Notes: generated by a model from the letters alone, not told the origin. A stretch of 64,000 nt of DNA from Candidatus Obscuribacterales bacterium (GCA_965228855.1 CBDDIJ010000002.1:1888001-1952000); one strand, 5' to 3'. Counted from the first letter of the stretch, positions 46,358 through 58,005 are shown. A program made the numbers and translations.

Positions 46358-47754
46358 GAGAGGGTACCTGACAATTCCTTCTGCGTTTCTACGGCGTGAA
46401 TTTTGTCACCGATCAAATCTTCGATCCACTGCGCCGCGCCTTCAATCTTCAAAGAGGACAACAGCGATGCGAAGAATCCGGTAACGATGAATTCCTCGGC
46501 TTCCTTCTCGGACAAGCCTCGCGTCATGAGGTAGAACAGCTGATTTTTATCGACTGGACCAACGGTCGCGCCATGCGAACATTTGACGTCATCTGTGAGA
46601 ATCTCGAGACGCGGAATCGATTCCGCCTTAGCGGTTTCGCTCAGCAAAAGGTTTTTATTCGATTGGAACGCATCCGTTCTCGACGCTGTGAGAGCGACTT
46701 TGATATTGCCTTGATAACTGGAAACAGAATTGCCTTTCAATGCGACTCGGAAGTTGATATCGGATTTGGTATCAGGAGAGTCGTGGTTTTGAACGGTGTT
46801 GAAATAGAAGTGTTCGTCCTTGTCGCCGAGAACGATTCCGCGAACGTCGCTTGTGGCGCCGCGGTCTCTGAGTTCTGTAACGATGTCAGATTTGAGTTGA
46901 CCGCCGCCGAGTGCTGCGGTGAAGGAATAGATGAACGCATCCTTCGCGACCAGGTTGTTGTTTCTCGAAACTGAGAATACTTGCCTGCCCAGGTTATACA
47001 GTTCCAAATAATGTATCGAGGCCGACTGTTTCGCGGCGACATCTACGATTGCGCTGGTGAAGACCCACTCGCGTTTTGCGCGCGCTTTCGGTTTTGCCTC
47101 AGGGCTCGGATCTGCTGAAGGACCACCTTCGAATACGTTTACGACCTTGACCGAAGCGTTTTCGTCAGCGACGACGATAACGCGCGGGAAAATAGCCTGA
47201 CCGACTTGAGCGTCTTCGGCGATCGAATTGACGATTACGAAAGGTGCTTCTACGTTTACGTTTTTCGGTACGAAGAGAAACGCGCCACTAGTGAAGAATG
47301 CCGAGTTCATCAAAGAAAGTTTGCCGATTTCACGGTGTGTCCCGTTTTCCAAATATTCTTTGATCAAATCACCATGCTTGGCGACCGCGTCTTCGAACGT
47401 TGTGAAAATCACACCTTTCTTCGCTAGCTCATCATCGATATGCAGTTCAGAACGTACACCGTTGACGATTGAAACCAAGCCGGAAACATTGGTGAGGATT
47501 TTGTCGTAGTCCGCTTTAACATTTTGTCTGGCTTTCGAAGAGTCGCCGCAAAACTGGCTGATTGCCGTCATGTCGACGGTTTCGACCAAGGTTTTGCGCC
47601 AATCGTCTAAACGAATGTTTGGTTGATCTGCTTCGAAATAAGCTTCAAAGGCAGACAATCGCAATTTTTCAAGCCAATCCGGTTCGCCCCGTTTTTTCGT
47701 TAGGCTGTCTACATCTGCACGCGTTATCGTGCTTAAAGCTCTGGACTCTGACAT
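46354..47754 (-). CDS. sufD: Fe-S assembly protein SufD
   Basis: PRLEILTDDVKCSHGATVG, FYLMTRGL; position in operon. Confidence 0.93.
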   Translation of the reverse strand: MSESRALSTITRADVDSLTKKRGEPDWLEKLRLSAFEAYFEADQPNIRLDDWRKTLVETVDMTAISQFCGDSSKARQNVKADYDKILTNVSGLVSIVNGVRSELHIDDELAKKGVIFTTFEDAVAKHGDLIKEYLENGTHREIGKLSLMNSAFFTSGAFLFVPKNVNVEAPFVIVNSIAEDAQVGQAIFPRVIVVADENASVKVVNVFEGGPSADPSPEAKPKARAKREWVFTSAIVDVAAKQSASIHYLELYNLGRQVFSVSRNNNLVAKDAFIYSFTAALGGGQLKSDIVTELRDRGATSDVRGIVLGDKDEHFYFNTVQNHDSPDTKSDINFRVALKGNSVSSYQGNIKVALTASRTDAFQSNKNLLLSETAKAESIPRLEILTDDVKCSHGATVGPVDKNQLFYLMTRGLSEKEAEEFIVTGFFASLLSSLKIEGAAQWIEDLIGDKIHAVETQKELSGTLS

Positions 47755-47794
47755 TTTTCCTTCTTTCCGTTTCCCATACCTCGTCGGGCTGGAG

Positions 47795-49225
47795 CTAGCC
47801 GACCGAGCCTTCCATCTCAAGCTGAATCAAGCGGTTTAGCTCGACAGCATACTCAAGCGGAAGTTCTTTCGTGAATGGCTCGAAGAAGCCGTTCACCACC
47901 ATCGCCTTGGCCTCGTCCGCGGTTAAACCACGGCTCATCAAATAGAAGAGTTGCTCTTCACCGACTTTGGAAACAGTTGCTTCGTGCTCGACAGAAACAT
48001 CTTTCTCGTCGATTTCCATGGTCGGGTATGTATCTGAACGTGATTGTTCATCGAGAAGCAAAGCATCGCATTTGACTGACGTCTTTACGCCGGTTGCTCC
48101 CGGGTAAACTTTGACCAGACCGCGATACGAGGTGCGTCCCCCGTCTTTTGAGATCGATTTCGATGTGACGATCGACGTCGTGTTTGGCGCAGCGTGGACA
48201 ATTTTTGCGCCGGCATCCTGGTGTTGATCGTGTCCCGAGAATGCGACAGAGAGAACTTCTCCCGTTGCGCCTTCTCCGGTGAGGTAGATCGCTGGATACT
48301 TCATTGTGAGTTTGGAACCGAGGTTGCCGTCGACCCACTCAACTTTCGCATTAGCTTCGGCTACGGCACGCTTGGTCACGAGGTTGTAGACATTACGCGA
48401 CCAGTTTTGAATTGTCGTGTAGCGAATATGAGCGCCCGGTTTTGCAATCAGCTCAACCACGGCAGAGTGCAGTGAGTCGGTTGTATAGATAGGTGCGGTG
48501 CAGCCTTCGATGTAGTGAACGAAACTGCCCGGCTCGGCAATGATCAACGTTCTCTCGAACTGACCCATGTTCTCTGCGTTGATACGGAAATAAGCCTGCA
48601 GAGGGATTTCCACCTTCACGCCTTCCGGAACCCAGATGAAACTGCCACCCGACCAGACCGCCGAGTTCAAAGCTGAGAATTTGTTGTCTGCTGCAGGAAT
48701 GACGGTCGCAAAGTGTTTTTTGACGATCTCTTCATGCTCGCGCAATCCGGAATCCATATCAAGGAAGATAACTCCTTGCTTGGTTAAGTCTTCGCGAATC
48801 GAGTGATAGACGACTTCCGACTCGTACTGTGCAGTTACGCCTGCGAGGAATTTTCTCTCGGCTTCAGGAATACCGAGTCTGTCGAATGTGTTTTTAATAC
48901 CTTCCGGAACATCTTCCCAGTTCTTCTCGCTCTTCTCCGAAGGCTTGATGTAATAGTAGATGTTGTCGAAGTCAATGTCTTCGAGCATCTTGGTGTTGCC
49001 CCAGGTTGGCATCGGCTTCTTTCTGAAGATTTCCAGCGCCTTGAGACGAAATTCGAGCATCCATTGCGGCTCGTTCTTCATCTTCGAGATCGCTTCTACG
49101 ATTTCGGTAGTGAGACCTCTGCCCGACTTGAAGATGTAATCTTCTTTGTCTTGAAAGCCGTATTTGTAGTCTTCTCCAATGTCCCGAATACTTGTATTGG
49201 GGTCATATGCTAGTTCGGCAGCCAT
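47795..49225 (-). CDS. sufB: Fe-S assembly protein SufB
   Basis: [33 protein letters not shown]. Confidence 0.97.
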   Translation of the reverse strand: MAAELAYDPNTSIRDIGEDYKYGFQDKEDYIFKSGRGLTTEIVEAISKMKNEPQWMLEFRLKALEIFRKKPMPTWGNTKMLEDIDFDNIYYYIKPSEKSEKNWEDVPEGIKNTFDRLGIPEAERKFLAGVTAQYESEVVYHSIREDLTKQGVIFLDMDSGLREHEEIVKKHFATVIPAADNKFSALNSAVWSGGSFIWVPEGVKVEIPLQAYFRINAENMGQFERTLIIAEPGSFVHYIEGCTAPIYTTDSLHSAVVELIAKPGAHIRYTTIQNWSRNVYNLVTKRAVAEANAKVEWVDGNLGSKLTMKYPAIYLTGEGATGEVLSVAFSGHDQHQDAGAKIVHAAPNTTSIVTSKSISKDGGRTSYRGLVKVYPGATGVKTSVKCDALLLDEQSRSDTYPTMEIDEKDVSVEHEATVSKVGEEQLFYLMSRGLTADEAKAMVVNGFFEPFTKELPLEYAVELNRLIQLEMEGSVG

Positions 49226-49238
49226 GATAGTTTCCTCG

Positions 49239-49997
49239 TTAGGCAATGGTCAGTTCCTGTGTAACCCAGTCGTATCCTTGTTCTTCAAGTTTGGTCGATA
49301 GTTCGGGACCGCCTGAAGCAACTATTTTTCCGTCCTGGAATACGTGCACGAAATCTGGTTGGACGTAGTTGAGTATGCGCTGATAGTGGGTGATCAGCAA
49401 GATAGCCGTTTCTTTAGTAGCAAGTGCATTGATGCCGCTTGATACCGTTTTCAGTGCGTCGATATCAAGACCGGAATCGGTCTCATCCAGCACCATTACT
49501 GATGGTTTAAGCATGGAAAGTTGCAGAATCTCCAGGCGTTTTTTCTCGCCGCCAGAGAAGCCGTCATTGACGTAACGCGAAAGAAAATCTTTCGGAACTC
49601 CCAATTTCTCCATGTTTTCGGTCAATTCTTTTCTGAATTCTTTAATCGGTACATCGACACCGCCGCGAGTGGCTTTGGTAGTGGCGCGCAAGAAGTTTGA
49701 AACCGATACGCCCGGAATGGCGACAGGGTATTGAAACGCCAGTGCCAGGCCCAATCTGGCTCGTTCGTCGGTCCCGAGCTCGTTGATGTCTTGACCTTTG
49801 AATAGAATGCGTCCCTTCGTTACTTTGTAGTTTGTGTGACCCATGATCACGTAGGAAAGCGTCGACTTGCCAGAACCGTTGCGGCCCATGAGCGCGTGAA
49901 CTTCTCCGGCGTTGAGCGTCAGTTGAACGCCCTTGAGAATCTCCTTACCGTCGACTTCGACGTGCAGGTCTTCGATTTTGAGAAGTGGAGTTGCCAT
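49239..49997 (-). CDS. sufC: Fe-S assembly ATPase SufC
   Basis: [35 protein letters not shown]. Confidence 0.97.
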   Translation of the reverse strand: MATPLLKIEDLHVEVDGKEILKGVQLTLNAGEVHALMGRNGSGKSTLSYVIMGHTNYKVTKGRILFKGQDINELGTDERARLGLALAFQYPVAIPGVSVSNFLRATTKATRGGVDVPIKEFRKELTENMEKLGVPKDFLSRYVNDGFSGGEKKRLEILQLSMLKPSVMVLDETDSGLDIDALKTVSSGINALATKETAILLITHYQRILNYVQPDFVHVFQDGKIVASGGPELSTKLEEQGYDWVTQELTIA

Positions 49998-50399
49998 TGT
50001 CCTTTACACCTTCCTGGAACGAACTCTCGCGAGCCGTTGGCATCGCGGATATATATTGATGATCTCTAGAATCGTACTCTTAATACACTTGGGAACGACC
50101 TTAAAGATCCTAAAGCTTTGATTGTACGGCTTTTACATATAAAATAGTATCAAAAATCTGGAAAGTATTCACCGTATTTAATAATGCCTTCAGGCTGCTG
50201 CCTGTGAGCCGTTCAAAAAATGCGATACTGTTATAAGACAACCTTGGAAGCCCACTCAGGCTGAATCCCGGCCAATCGGACAACAAACTACTTTTCTGAA
50301 GTTTCTTCGAAAAGCCCAGCAGAGCCGGTTTCCTGTGAAGGTCTCGAATTGAGAGTTGATTAAAAGGTTTTGACGACAAAAGGGGCTGTGCTGTAACAA

Positions 50400-51065
50400 A
50401 TGATTACGCATCAACTATCTAAAAAACCTGACAGCACTCAAGATGCAGTCCTTCTTTACTTGAAGAAAGAAGGCGAAATGACTGTGCAGGCGCTCTGCGA
50501 CGTCCTCGGCATCACTGCAATGGCTGTGCGCCGTCATCTTCAGGTTCTGCAGAACGATGGATTGATCGAGTCTCGTATGGAACGTCAATCGCGCGGTCGG
50601 CCTACTTATAAGTACAAACTGAGTTCTAAAGCTGAATCCTTGTTTCCATCAGGTTTCCAAACTCTGGCAATGGACTTGCTCGATGCCGTTTACGATGCAT
50701 CCGGGCATAAGGGCGTAATGGACCTGCTGACGGCGCGAAACCGGAAGCGGATGTCGCGTTTGAAAGAGCGCGTGCAGCAAACAGAACTGCGCGATCGAGT
50801 CGCTGAGGTTTCAAAAATATTTTCTGAAGACGGTTATATGACGGAGTGGACGGAGCTCGATAACGGTGACTTCTTCATTTCGCAGCAGCACTGTGCTTTA
50901 CACGATGTGGCGAAACAATATCGTCAGGTTTGCGCGCTTGAACCACAGTTGATGGAAAGTCTTCTAGGCGTGAAAGTGACGCGCGAGAAATATATTCTTA
51001 AAAACGATCCCGTCTGCGGGTATCTCGTCCACCACGATCAAGAGGCTGAAACTGAGGCTCTCTAG
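50400..51065 (+). CDS. sufR: SufR-like HTH Fe-S-sensing regulator
   Basis: HTH (AMAVRRHL..GRP); C-terminal HC-x12-C..E..C; divergent from sufC. Confidence 0.88.
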   Translation: MITHQLSKKPDSTQDAVLLYLKKEGEMTVQALCDVLGITAMAVRRHLQVLQNDGLIESRMERQSRGRPTYKYKLSSKAESLFPSGFQTLAMDLLDAVYDASGHKGVMDLLTARNRKRMSRLKERVQQTELRDRVAEVSKIFSEDGYMTEWTELDNGDFFISQQHCALHDVAKQYRQVCALEPQLMESLLGVKVTREKYILKNDPVCGYLVHHDQEAETEAL

Positions 51066-51115
51066 TTCAGAACAAATCTGTGTCGAAGTTGTGAATTGGC
51101 ACCACTTGTAGTGGC

Positions 51116-51514
51116 TCACGGTTTCTTGAATTCAAAGTCTTTGAAATCTAACTTCGAAGCGGCCTGGGGCAGCGGGCTGAAGTAATCGATGCTGACGGAA
51201 TCGCCTTCCTTCAGACGTTTATAAGTGTTGTCTGAGCAGGATGCGCTGTGCCTGATTGTGTGTCCATTTGCCTCGAATGCATAATCTAGGGTGTAACTCG
51301 AAGCACCATCGTCATCAGTTATGATCCGTTTATTGACGATCGTTCCTTTGCCGGGCACGACGCCAATGTTGAGTGAAAAGATGATTTGATAAGCTGCCGC
51401 GCACAAGACCATGATCAGGATTAGCAGGCCTATAACCGCTGCAATCAATCCTTCGATTTTCTTTGCGCTCGGTTTGTCGTGATTCGGATCTTTGGTCTGC
51501 GACGGCTGCACCAT
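51116..51514 (-). CDS. Small membrane protein (DUF3592-like)
   Basis: One TM, then G(T)IV..YTLDYAF..LKEGDSVSIDY. Confidence 0.65.
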   Translation of the reverse strand: MVQPSQTKDPNHDKPSAKKIEGLIAAVIGLLILIMVLCAAAYQIIFSLNIGVVPGKGTIVNKRIITDDDGASSYTLDYAFEANGHTIRHSASCSDNTYKRLKEGDSVSIDYFSPLPQAASKLDFKDFEFKKP

Positions 51515-51539
51515 ATTCGGTACCTTCTTTGAGCCGAGC

Positions 51540-52988
51540 TTATATGCCTTTCAATTCCCAATCGCTGGTGGGCAGGCGCGGTGAGATAGTTGACAGTTTC
51601 ACAAAGTTTGCCGGACCGCGTGCCGCGATAGGCAAACCGCCTGTTATAACGATGTTGTCCTTCGCTGCCACGACGCCTTTGCGGAGCAGAGTTTGCTCGA
51701 CAGAGTTTAAAGTCGAGATCGAGTCGCTGACTTCCGTGAGCATGATAGGTGTCGTTCCCCAGAGGAGCGTTAGCTGATTGTATACATGTCCGTGCTGCGT
51801 TAGAGCGATGATTGAAACCGGAGGGCGCAGCTGCGAAATCAATCTTGCGGTGGCACCACTCTTGGTGAATGTTGCGATCACTCGTGCTTTCAAATCGACA
51901 GCCATTTCGCAGGCGGCGTGCGCGATTGCGTACGCGGTGCTGCGCACGTCTTGCGGATCTTCGCGTAACTGGTTTTTACCCTGACTTGTTTCAACTTCGT
52001 TGGCAATCTTTTCCATCATACGAACAGCATGAATAGGATAGTTTCCAGTCGCAGACTCTTCCGAGAGCATGACTGCGTCGGTGCCGTCGAAGATAGCGTT
52101 TGCGACGTCCGAAGCTTCGGCTCTGGTTGGGCGTGGGTTGTTGACCATCGAGTCCAGCATCTGCGTTGCTGTTATGACAGGTTTGCCTTTGGCAATCGCT
52201 TTGCGCGTGATAAGTTTTTGCACTGGAGGAACTTGCTCCGGCGGGAGCTCCACGCCCAGGTCTCCGCGGGCGATCATAACTCCGTCGGTCACGTTCAAAA
52301 TCTCGTCAATGGCGGCCACCGCTTCCGGTTTTTCAATCTTCGCGATGACCATCGGCGTTGGCCAATGATCTGCCATCAATTCTCGCAGTTCAAGGATGTC
52401 CTGCGCGTCTCGGACAAAAGACAGAGCAACGAAGTCGACTTCGCATTTCAATCCGAACGCCAGATCTGCGCGATCCTTTTCTGTCAAGGCGGGGATAGAA
52501 AGCCGAACTCCAGGAATGTTTATACCTTGTCTGTTTTTGAGGACGCCACCAGTGACTACTTCACAGACGCAGTCTGTTTCAGTCGTGGAGACGACTTTCA
52601 GTTCCATTAAGCCGTCGTCGAGTAGAATGCTGTCGCCTGCTTTTACTTCTCGCGAGAGCGGCTCGTAGTTGGTGGAGACGCAACTTTCATCGCCTGGAAC
52701 TTTGCGGCTCGTTAGTGTAAATGATTTGCCTTCGACCAGATCGATTTGACCCTTCTCGAGTTTGCCGGTTCTCAACTTGGGACCCGACAAATCTAGAAGA
52801 ATGCCGACCGGTTGATCCAGTCGGGTTGCAACTTCTCTGATGTCCGTAACAAGATCCCGGATGAAGTCGTGCTCGGAATGTGAGCAGTTGATTCGGGCTA
52901 CATCCATACCGGCTTCAATCATCTTTTGAAGCATTTTTACGTCACGACATGATGGTCCGATGGTTGCGACAATTTTTGTGCGCGCCAC
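51540..52988 (-). CDS. pyk: Pyruvate kinase
   Basis: RTKIVATIGP, AKIEK, IARGDLGVE, ATQMLDSM, PTRAE, DAVMLS. Confidence 0.97.
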   Translation of the reverse strand: MARTKIVATIGPSCRDVKMLQKMIEAGMDVARINCSHSEHDFIRDLVTDIREVATRLDQPVGILLDLSGPKLRTGKLEKGQIDLVEGKSFTLTSRKVPGDESCVSTNYEPLSREVKAGDSILLDDGLMELKVVSTTETDCVCEVVTGGVLKNRQGINIPGVRLSIPALTEKDRADLAFGLKCEVDFVALSFVRDAQDILELRELMADHWPTPMVIAKIEKPEAVAAIDEILNVTDGVMIARGDLGVELPPEQVPPVQKLITRKAIAKGKPVITATQMLDSMVNNPRPTRAEASDVANAIFDGTDAVMLSEESATGNYPIHAVRMMEKIANEVETSQGKNQLREDPQDVRSTAYAIAHAACEMAVDLKARVIATFTKSGATARLISQLRPPVSIIALTQHGHVYNQLTLLWGTTPIMLTEVSDSISTLNSVEQTLLRKGVVAAKDNIVITGGLPIAARGPANFVKLSTISPRLPTSDWELKGI

Positions 52989-53330
52989 AAAAGTTTCCTC
53001 GTTATATACGCAGTACTAGAAAGGTACAACAGTGCGAGGTCGTTGGCCTGTACTTTCTAAGAAATATGACCGCCGGTGTGCGTCGGAACATTAACTGGGG
53101 CAAGGCGTCATCCGAAGAGTTGGCAATCTGCACCGTTTACAGAAGGGGTTCTTAAATGGACATCTTCGTCACGGCGCCGTCACCTTTCTTTCGTGCTAGT
53201 AATCAAGCAGTAGTTATTGCAAATCTAGACAGGGACGGACCTGTGGGGTACGATGAAAATAGTGCCCGCGAGAAACCCGCTCAGGTAGCCAGTCTTAACA
53301 GTATTACCGAAAAATTCCGAGGGCTCATCC

Positions 53331-54146
53331 ATGCCATGCGCTCGGGCGACGCTTGCCGTCGCCACGTTTCTATTCTGTCTTTCCGTTTCAATATCCGCTG
53401 GAGATGCCCGCCAGGTGAGCCCTGTTCTGGAGAAGGGTTCCGAAGTCGTTCGACAACAGACTAGCGGTGACTGGAAACGTTTAAAAGATGGAGAGGTGAT
53501 CGTCAACGCTGTAAATGAAGGCACCACTCGATTCGTGGCAGCGAGAATTCTGATCAACGATACGCCTCATCACGTCTGGCGGGTGCTGACCAATCCTTTT
53601 GAATTCGAGGGGCGAATTTCTCCGCGCATGAAGGATGTTGAGATCCTTGTCGATGCCACCACTCGGTCTGTCATGAAGTGCAAAGTCGAAATTTTTCCAC
53701 CACTCATTCCGTTTATAACCTACACTGTTGAGTCTGAGTACAAGCCATTCGAGCAGGTATTGTTCAAGCGAGTTGACGGAACATTGAAAGACTTTCGAGG
53801 CGGTTGGTATTTATCGTCTAGAGAAAATGGTGCATCGACCGAAGTGACGTATCAGATGTTTGTCGATCCTGGAATGCCCGTCCCGCAGTGGATTATTCGT
53901 AAGGCTATGAAAGCGGAACTTCCGAAGACGCTCGTTGCGTTGCGCGATAGGATTCAGACAAATGATACTGCCAATAGTGCCGAGCCATTGCGCTCTATTC
54001 TGGCCGTTGGAGAGATCGCTCCTCTTGTTCAAATTAACCCGCCGCTGACTGTAAGCGCGTCAAGTCGACATGCGAAACCTCCGGCAAAATCCAAGCCGGC
54101 ATCGAAGCCGCGCCAGGTCAGTACCTTACCACTGGGCGAGTTCTGA
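53331..54146 (+). CDS. SRPBCC/cyclase-family protein with signal peptide
   Basis: Hydrophobic N-terminus; VWRVLT, GTLKDFRGGW, TEVTY..VDPG.PVPQWI. Confidence 0.8.
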   Translation: MPCARATLAVATFLFCLSVSISAGDARQVSPVLEKGSEVVRQQTSGDWKRLKDGEVIVNAVNEGTTRFVAARILINDTPHHVWRVLTNPFEFEGRISPRMKDVEILVDATTRSVMKCKVEIFPPLIPFITYTVESEYKPFEQVLFKRVDGTLKDFRGGWYLSSRENGASTEVTYQMFVDPGMPVPQWIIRKAMKAELPKTLVALRDRIQTNDTANSAEPLRSILAVGEIAPLVQINPPLTVSASSRHAKPPAKSKPASKPRQVSTLPLGEF

Positions 54147-54151
54147 TTGAA

Positions 54152-55828
54152 CTAACGCTTTGTTGTGGTACTGGTGGCGATACTGGATTCCGTAAGCTTG
54201 AAGTTTTCCAGAGCGATTTCCGGGAAGCAGTTGTCGATGTTTTCGATCTCTGACAGCTTGCCTTCATCAACTTTTCCGGATTTGAGCATTTCATAGATCG
54301 TGTTGAAGCGTTCCTGGTGTCCACGGAAACGCTCAACTGCATACTGCTTGGCTTGCGCTGTTGTGACGAGGAACGGCCAATCGCTCGACTCGAGTAAGAA
54401 GAGTTCTCGTCCAAGCTGTTTTAACGCCCGGGTTTTCAACGGATCTTGCTCGTTGGCCTGGAAGTGTTTTTCAACCAGATCTTTCATGGTTTTCTCGGCG
54501 GCTTCGATAACCGGCCACATCCACTCGGTTTCGTTATTCAACCAGACTTGCCAGTGACCGCCCGAGCCCCAGGATGATTGCGGAAGTTCCATCGCGTGAA
54601 CCGGTGGGGTTTCCGTCAGATATTCACTTGCTGTGCACATCTTCACGGCAGTGTATTCGTGCAACTTTCTTATGACTTGCTCGATGAAGACGATGCCTTC
54701 AAACCACCAGTGACCAAACAATTCTGTGTCAAAGCTCACCATTAACAGACCTGGATTGCTGGTCGAGCGCAACTGTTTAGTCAATGCGCTTTGAATCAAA
54801 CCAACATAGTGATCTGAATTTTCCGAAATCCGCATGATAGCGACTTCCGGGTTGTACAGCTCTTTGTCGCCTAGCTCGGTGGTTTTCGAGGTGAGTTTCC
54901 AGAAGTGCAAACCTGATATATCGTCTTTTTTGTGAAACTCTCGATAGTTGCCATCACCCGGGTAACCGTTGCCGGCGGACCAGACCTGATAACTTGCTTC
55001 CTCGTGGCGCCCCATCACAGCGACCGGGTAGTCTTTCAGCCAGAAAGCTTCGAATGTGTCGTATCCCGTGGGTGGGCGTTTGGGTGCAGGAATGTACTCA
55101 ATTGCGCCGTAAGGGCCAAACACTCTGCGGACTTCCGAAGTTTGTCCGCCTGTGATCACAAATGTTTCCGTGAAAAAGTATTTGAGTCCGGCTTCATGCA
55201 ACCAGTGTCCGATGCCGGGGCGATCGTTTTCTTCCGGTCGGTATGCGCATTCAGGCAGCCAGCAACCCCTCGGTTCGCGTCCGAAATGTTTTTTGTAGTT
55301 GGCCACACCAGCTTTGAACTGAGCTTGAAGTGAGGTGTCTTCGCCAATTAGTGGCGAGAAGCAGTGCGTGGCAGCTGAAGTTGTGATCTCGATTGCATCG
55401 AGGTCTTGGTATTTTCTTAGACCACCGATGATGTCGCGACCCCAGCGAGTGCGGAAAGAGTCCAAAATCTTGCTGTACCAATCTACGTAAAAACGAGCTA
55501 GCCTCAGGCGCTCAGGGTCCGGCGTTTCGCCGCGAGCCATGTAGCGAGCTTCGTCTTCCTTGGCTTTTTCAACGCGGCTCTCCATCCACTTTTCGAAGCC
55601 GGCTTTCATGTGTTCGTCCGAAAGCTGCTCAGCGAGGATTGGGGTTATGCCGACTGTGAGTTTTGCCTTGATGCCATCATCGTAGAGGTTGCCAATCATG
55701 TTGAGGAGCGGCACATAAGTCTCCGCCATGCACTCATACACGTTTTCTTCGCCGAAGGGCCACATTCCAGCCTTTCGATAATAAGGAAGGTGGCTGTGAA
55801 GCATGAATACGAACGAACCAACACTCAC
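54152..55828 (-). CDS. GH57 family 1,4-alpha-glucan branching enzyme
   Basis: LHSHLPY, SAATH, WLPECAY, FDTELFGHWWFEG, ESSDWPF; GTG start with GAGGAG SD. Confidence 0.93.
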   Translation of the reverse strand: MSVGSFVFMLHSHLPYYRKAGMWPFGEENVYECMAETYVPLLNMIGNLYDDGIKAKLTVGITPILAEQLSDEHMKAGFEKWMESRVEKAKEDEARYMARGETPDPERLRLARFYVDWYSKILDSFRTRWGRDIIGGLRKYQDLDAIEITTSAATHCFSPLIGEDTSLQAQFKAGVANYKKHFGREPRGCWLPECAYRPEENDRPGIGHWLHEAGLKYFFTETFVITGGQTSEVRRVFGPYGAIEYIPAPKRPPTGYDTFEAFWLKDYPVAVMGRHEEASYQVWSAGNGYPGDGNYREFHKKDDISGLHFWKLTSKTTELGDKELYNPEVAIMRISENSDHYVGLIQSALTKQLRSTSNPGLLMVSFDTELFGHWWFEGIVFIEQVIRKLHEYTAVKMCTASEYLTETPPVHAMELPQSSWGSGGHWQVWLNNETEWMWPVIEAAEKTMKDLVEKHFQANEQDPLKTRALKQLGRELFLLESSDWPFLVTTAQAKQYAVERFRGHQERFNTIYEMLKSGKVDEGKLSEIENIDNCFPEIALENFKLTESSIATSTTTKR

Positions 55829-56149
55829 GAATAAAACTCCTCGTTTTTCACGAACCACTTGAGATGGCGCCCAGCGAATTCGGCGGCACCTGACATGAGA
55901 GATTGCGACTCGTCGACTCACTTACAACGACGGTCCCAAACGGATCGAAATATAGCAATTACATATAAGGTTTGCCAGACGCAAACAGGGCAACCGTTAC
56001 TATTCTTGAGGATTTCGGAAGGATGAGTCTTGCGGTATGCTGAAAGTAAATCGGGTTTGAATTAGCAACATCGACGTGGTAATTTTGCAATTCCGATCAA
56101 GCTACCAGACTTGGAGAAGCCGATCGAGGCGAAGGTAGGAATCGTACGA

Positions 56150-56761
56150 ATGTCAGGCAGTGAGCCGGATCCCAACAAAGATCTCGAAGAAGATGTCGTG
56201 GAAACCCAGGGCACGCTGCGCTACAAGCAGGCTGCGAACACGCAAGATACTGATGACGACGATGACTTCGACGATTATTATGATGAGATCGTTAGCGAAT
56301 CGGAAACTGTTGTGACCGTTACGAAAACGGAAACCGCTGCAGGCGCCGCTTCTGATATTGCGGTCGCGGGTTCTTCCGAAGTTGAAGAAGACTACTGGGA
56401 AGAGCAGGCGCGATATCAGAGTGCCGATGGCACGCGTGTGATCCGGCATAACCTCAAAGCGAAGCAGAAAAAGGTCGATGACGAGAACGAAGAAACGAAG
56501 CAAGCCGGCGGAACCATCAGGAATAAACTTGGCAGAAGTGTCGAGGAGAAGCCGCGTACAAATGTAGTAGTCAAGCTCCTCGAGAAGAATCCTCTTGGAA
56601 TGACATTGCCGGAAATGGCAGGCGGCGTGCGAAAGCAAAAGCGAATTAAGACGCTGCGACCAATGCTCGCTCAGGCGATTAAAGAAGGGCAAATTATGCC
56701 GGTCAGTCAGCGAGCCGGTCACACGGTATACAAGCTTGTAAAGAACATCGGTCCGCGCTAA
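56150..56761 (+). CDS. Hypothetical protein with acidic disordered N-terminus and basic winged-helix-like C-terminus
   Basis: DDDDDFDDYYDE tract; C-terminal LLEKNPLGMTLPEMA..LAQAIKEGQI..VYKL. Confidence 0.7.
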   Translation: MSGSEPDPNKDLEEDVVETQGTLRYKQAANTQDTDDDDDFDDYYDEIVSESETVVTVTKTETAAGAASDIAVAGSSEVEEDYWEEQARYQSADGTRVIRHNLKAKQKKVDDENEETKQAGGTIRNKLGRSVEEKPRTNVVVKLLEKNPLGMTLPEMAGGVRKQKRIKTLRPMLAQAIKEGQIMPVSQRAGHTVYKLVKNIGPR

Positions 56762-57093
56762 CCGGTCTTTGCAAGAAGCTCAGTAAGTTTTGCGATTAGT
56801 TTTTCAGAGTCGCCGGTCAGCAGAATTGTTTTCTGTTTTGACTTCTCGCCTTTCAGCAAAGTTACAGAACTTTTGCTCAGGTCGAAACAGTCGGCGAGCA
56901 ACGCCCGAACAGCCTCGTTAGCGGCACCGTCCAGTGCCTTCTTTGTGACGGAAACCTTTATCCTGTCTTCGATAAGCCCAATGACACCTGCTCTGGAGGC
57001 GCCCGGAACGACGTGGAGAAACAGAATCAAGCCGTTGTCTGCGCGCCTGGCGGCTTGGGCAATTCTTGGATGGCTATCATGGCTGTTATTCAT
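56758..57093 (-). CDS. DUF167/YggU family protein
   Basis: HVVPGASR, DGAANEAV, GEKSKQK. Confidence 0.88.
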   Translation of the reverse strand: MNNSHDSHPRIAQAARRADNGLILFLHVVPGASRAGVIGLIEDRIKVSVTKKALDGAANEAVRALLADCFDLSKSSVTLLKGEKSKQKTILLTGDSEKLIAKLTELLAKTG

Positions 57094-57126
57094 TTTGGTA
57101 TTAGAATGGGGCGCACGTAGGAGGCT

Positions 57127-58005
57127 ATGACTGTGACTATTAATATCGGATCTCTGGAAGTCGGGCGCGATAAGCCGTTTCTTATTATCGCCGGTCCGTG
57201 CGTTATGGAAAGCTGGGACATCATCTACAAAACAGCGCAAAAATTGCAGGACCTCTCCAAGAAACATAATTTTTCGCTGGTGTTCAAGTCCTCCTTTGAC
57301 AAAGCCAATCGTACCTCCATCGACTCTTATCGTGGACCGGGTCTTGATGAAGGGCTGGCGATGATGAAGGAGATTAAGGCCAAGACCGGTCTTCCGGTAC
57401 TAACCGATGTCCATGAGGCTGCTCAATGTGCCAAAGCCGGAGAAGTGATCGATGTACTTCAGATTCCAGCTTTTCTCTGCCGTCAAACAGATCTGTTGAT
57501 TGCAGCGGCTGAGACGGGCAAGTGCGTCAACATCAAGAAGGGTCAGTTCGTTGCACCTGATGATATGAAGAATGCGGTGAAGAAGTGCTTTGATTCCGGA
57601 AATAAGAATGTATTCCTGACCGAGAGAGGCACCACATTCGGTTACAACAACCTGGTCGTCGACATGCGTGCAATACCGATGATGCAGTCACACGGAGTGC
57701 CGGTCATCTTTGATGCCACGCACAGCGTTCAACTTCCCGGTGGCGGCGGAACGGTTTCACACGGCTTGCGCCAATACGTTCCACACCTCGCGCGGGCTGC
57801 TGTGGCTGCCGGTTGTGATGGCGTCTTTATGGAAGTGCATCCGAACCCGGATGAGGCGAAAAGCGACGGTCCCAATCAGGTTCCACTGTCTCAAGTCGAA
57901 GAGTTAATCGAACAGTTGCTGAAGGTTCACGAGCTCGTTAAGTCGTTGCCGGCGCTTGAACTGCCGCAAGCGGGCAAGTGCAAAGAAGTGGCGATGAAGG
58001 TTTAA
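57127..58005 (+). CDS. kdsA: KDO8P synthase
   Basis: IAGPCVME, KSSFDKANRTS, PAFLCRQTDL, IKKGQF, FDATHSVQ, EVHP. Confidence 0.97.
   Translation: MTVTINIGSLEVGRDKPFLIIAGPCVMESWDIIYKTAQKLQDLSKKHNFSLVFKSSFDKANRTSIDSYRGPGLDEGLAMMKEIKAKTGLPVLTDVHEAAQCAKAGEVIDVLQIPAFLCRQTDLLIAAAETGKCVNIKKGQFVAPDDMKNAVKKCFDSGNKNVFLTERGTTFGYNNLVVDMRAIPMMQSHGVPVIFDATHSVQLPGGGGTVSHGLRQYVPHLARAAVAAGCDGVFMEVHPNPDEAKSDGPNQVPLSQVEELIEQLLKVHELVKSLPALELPQAGKCKEVAMKV

Noticed and set aside
49998..50399. Cyanobacterial SufR operator CAAC-N6-GTTG
   Set aside because: No convincing match found by eye.
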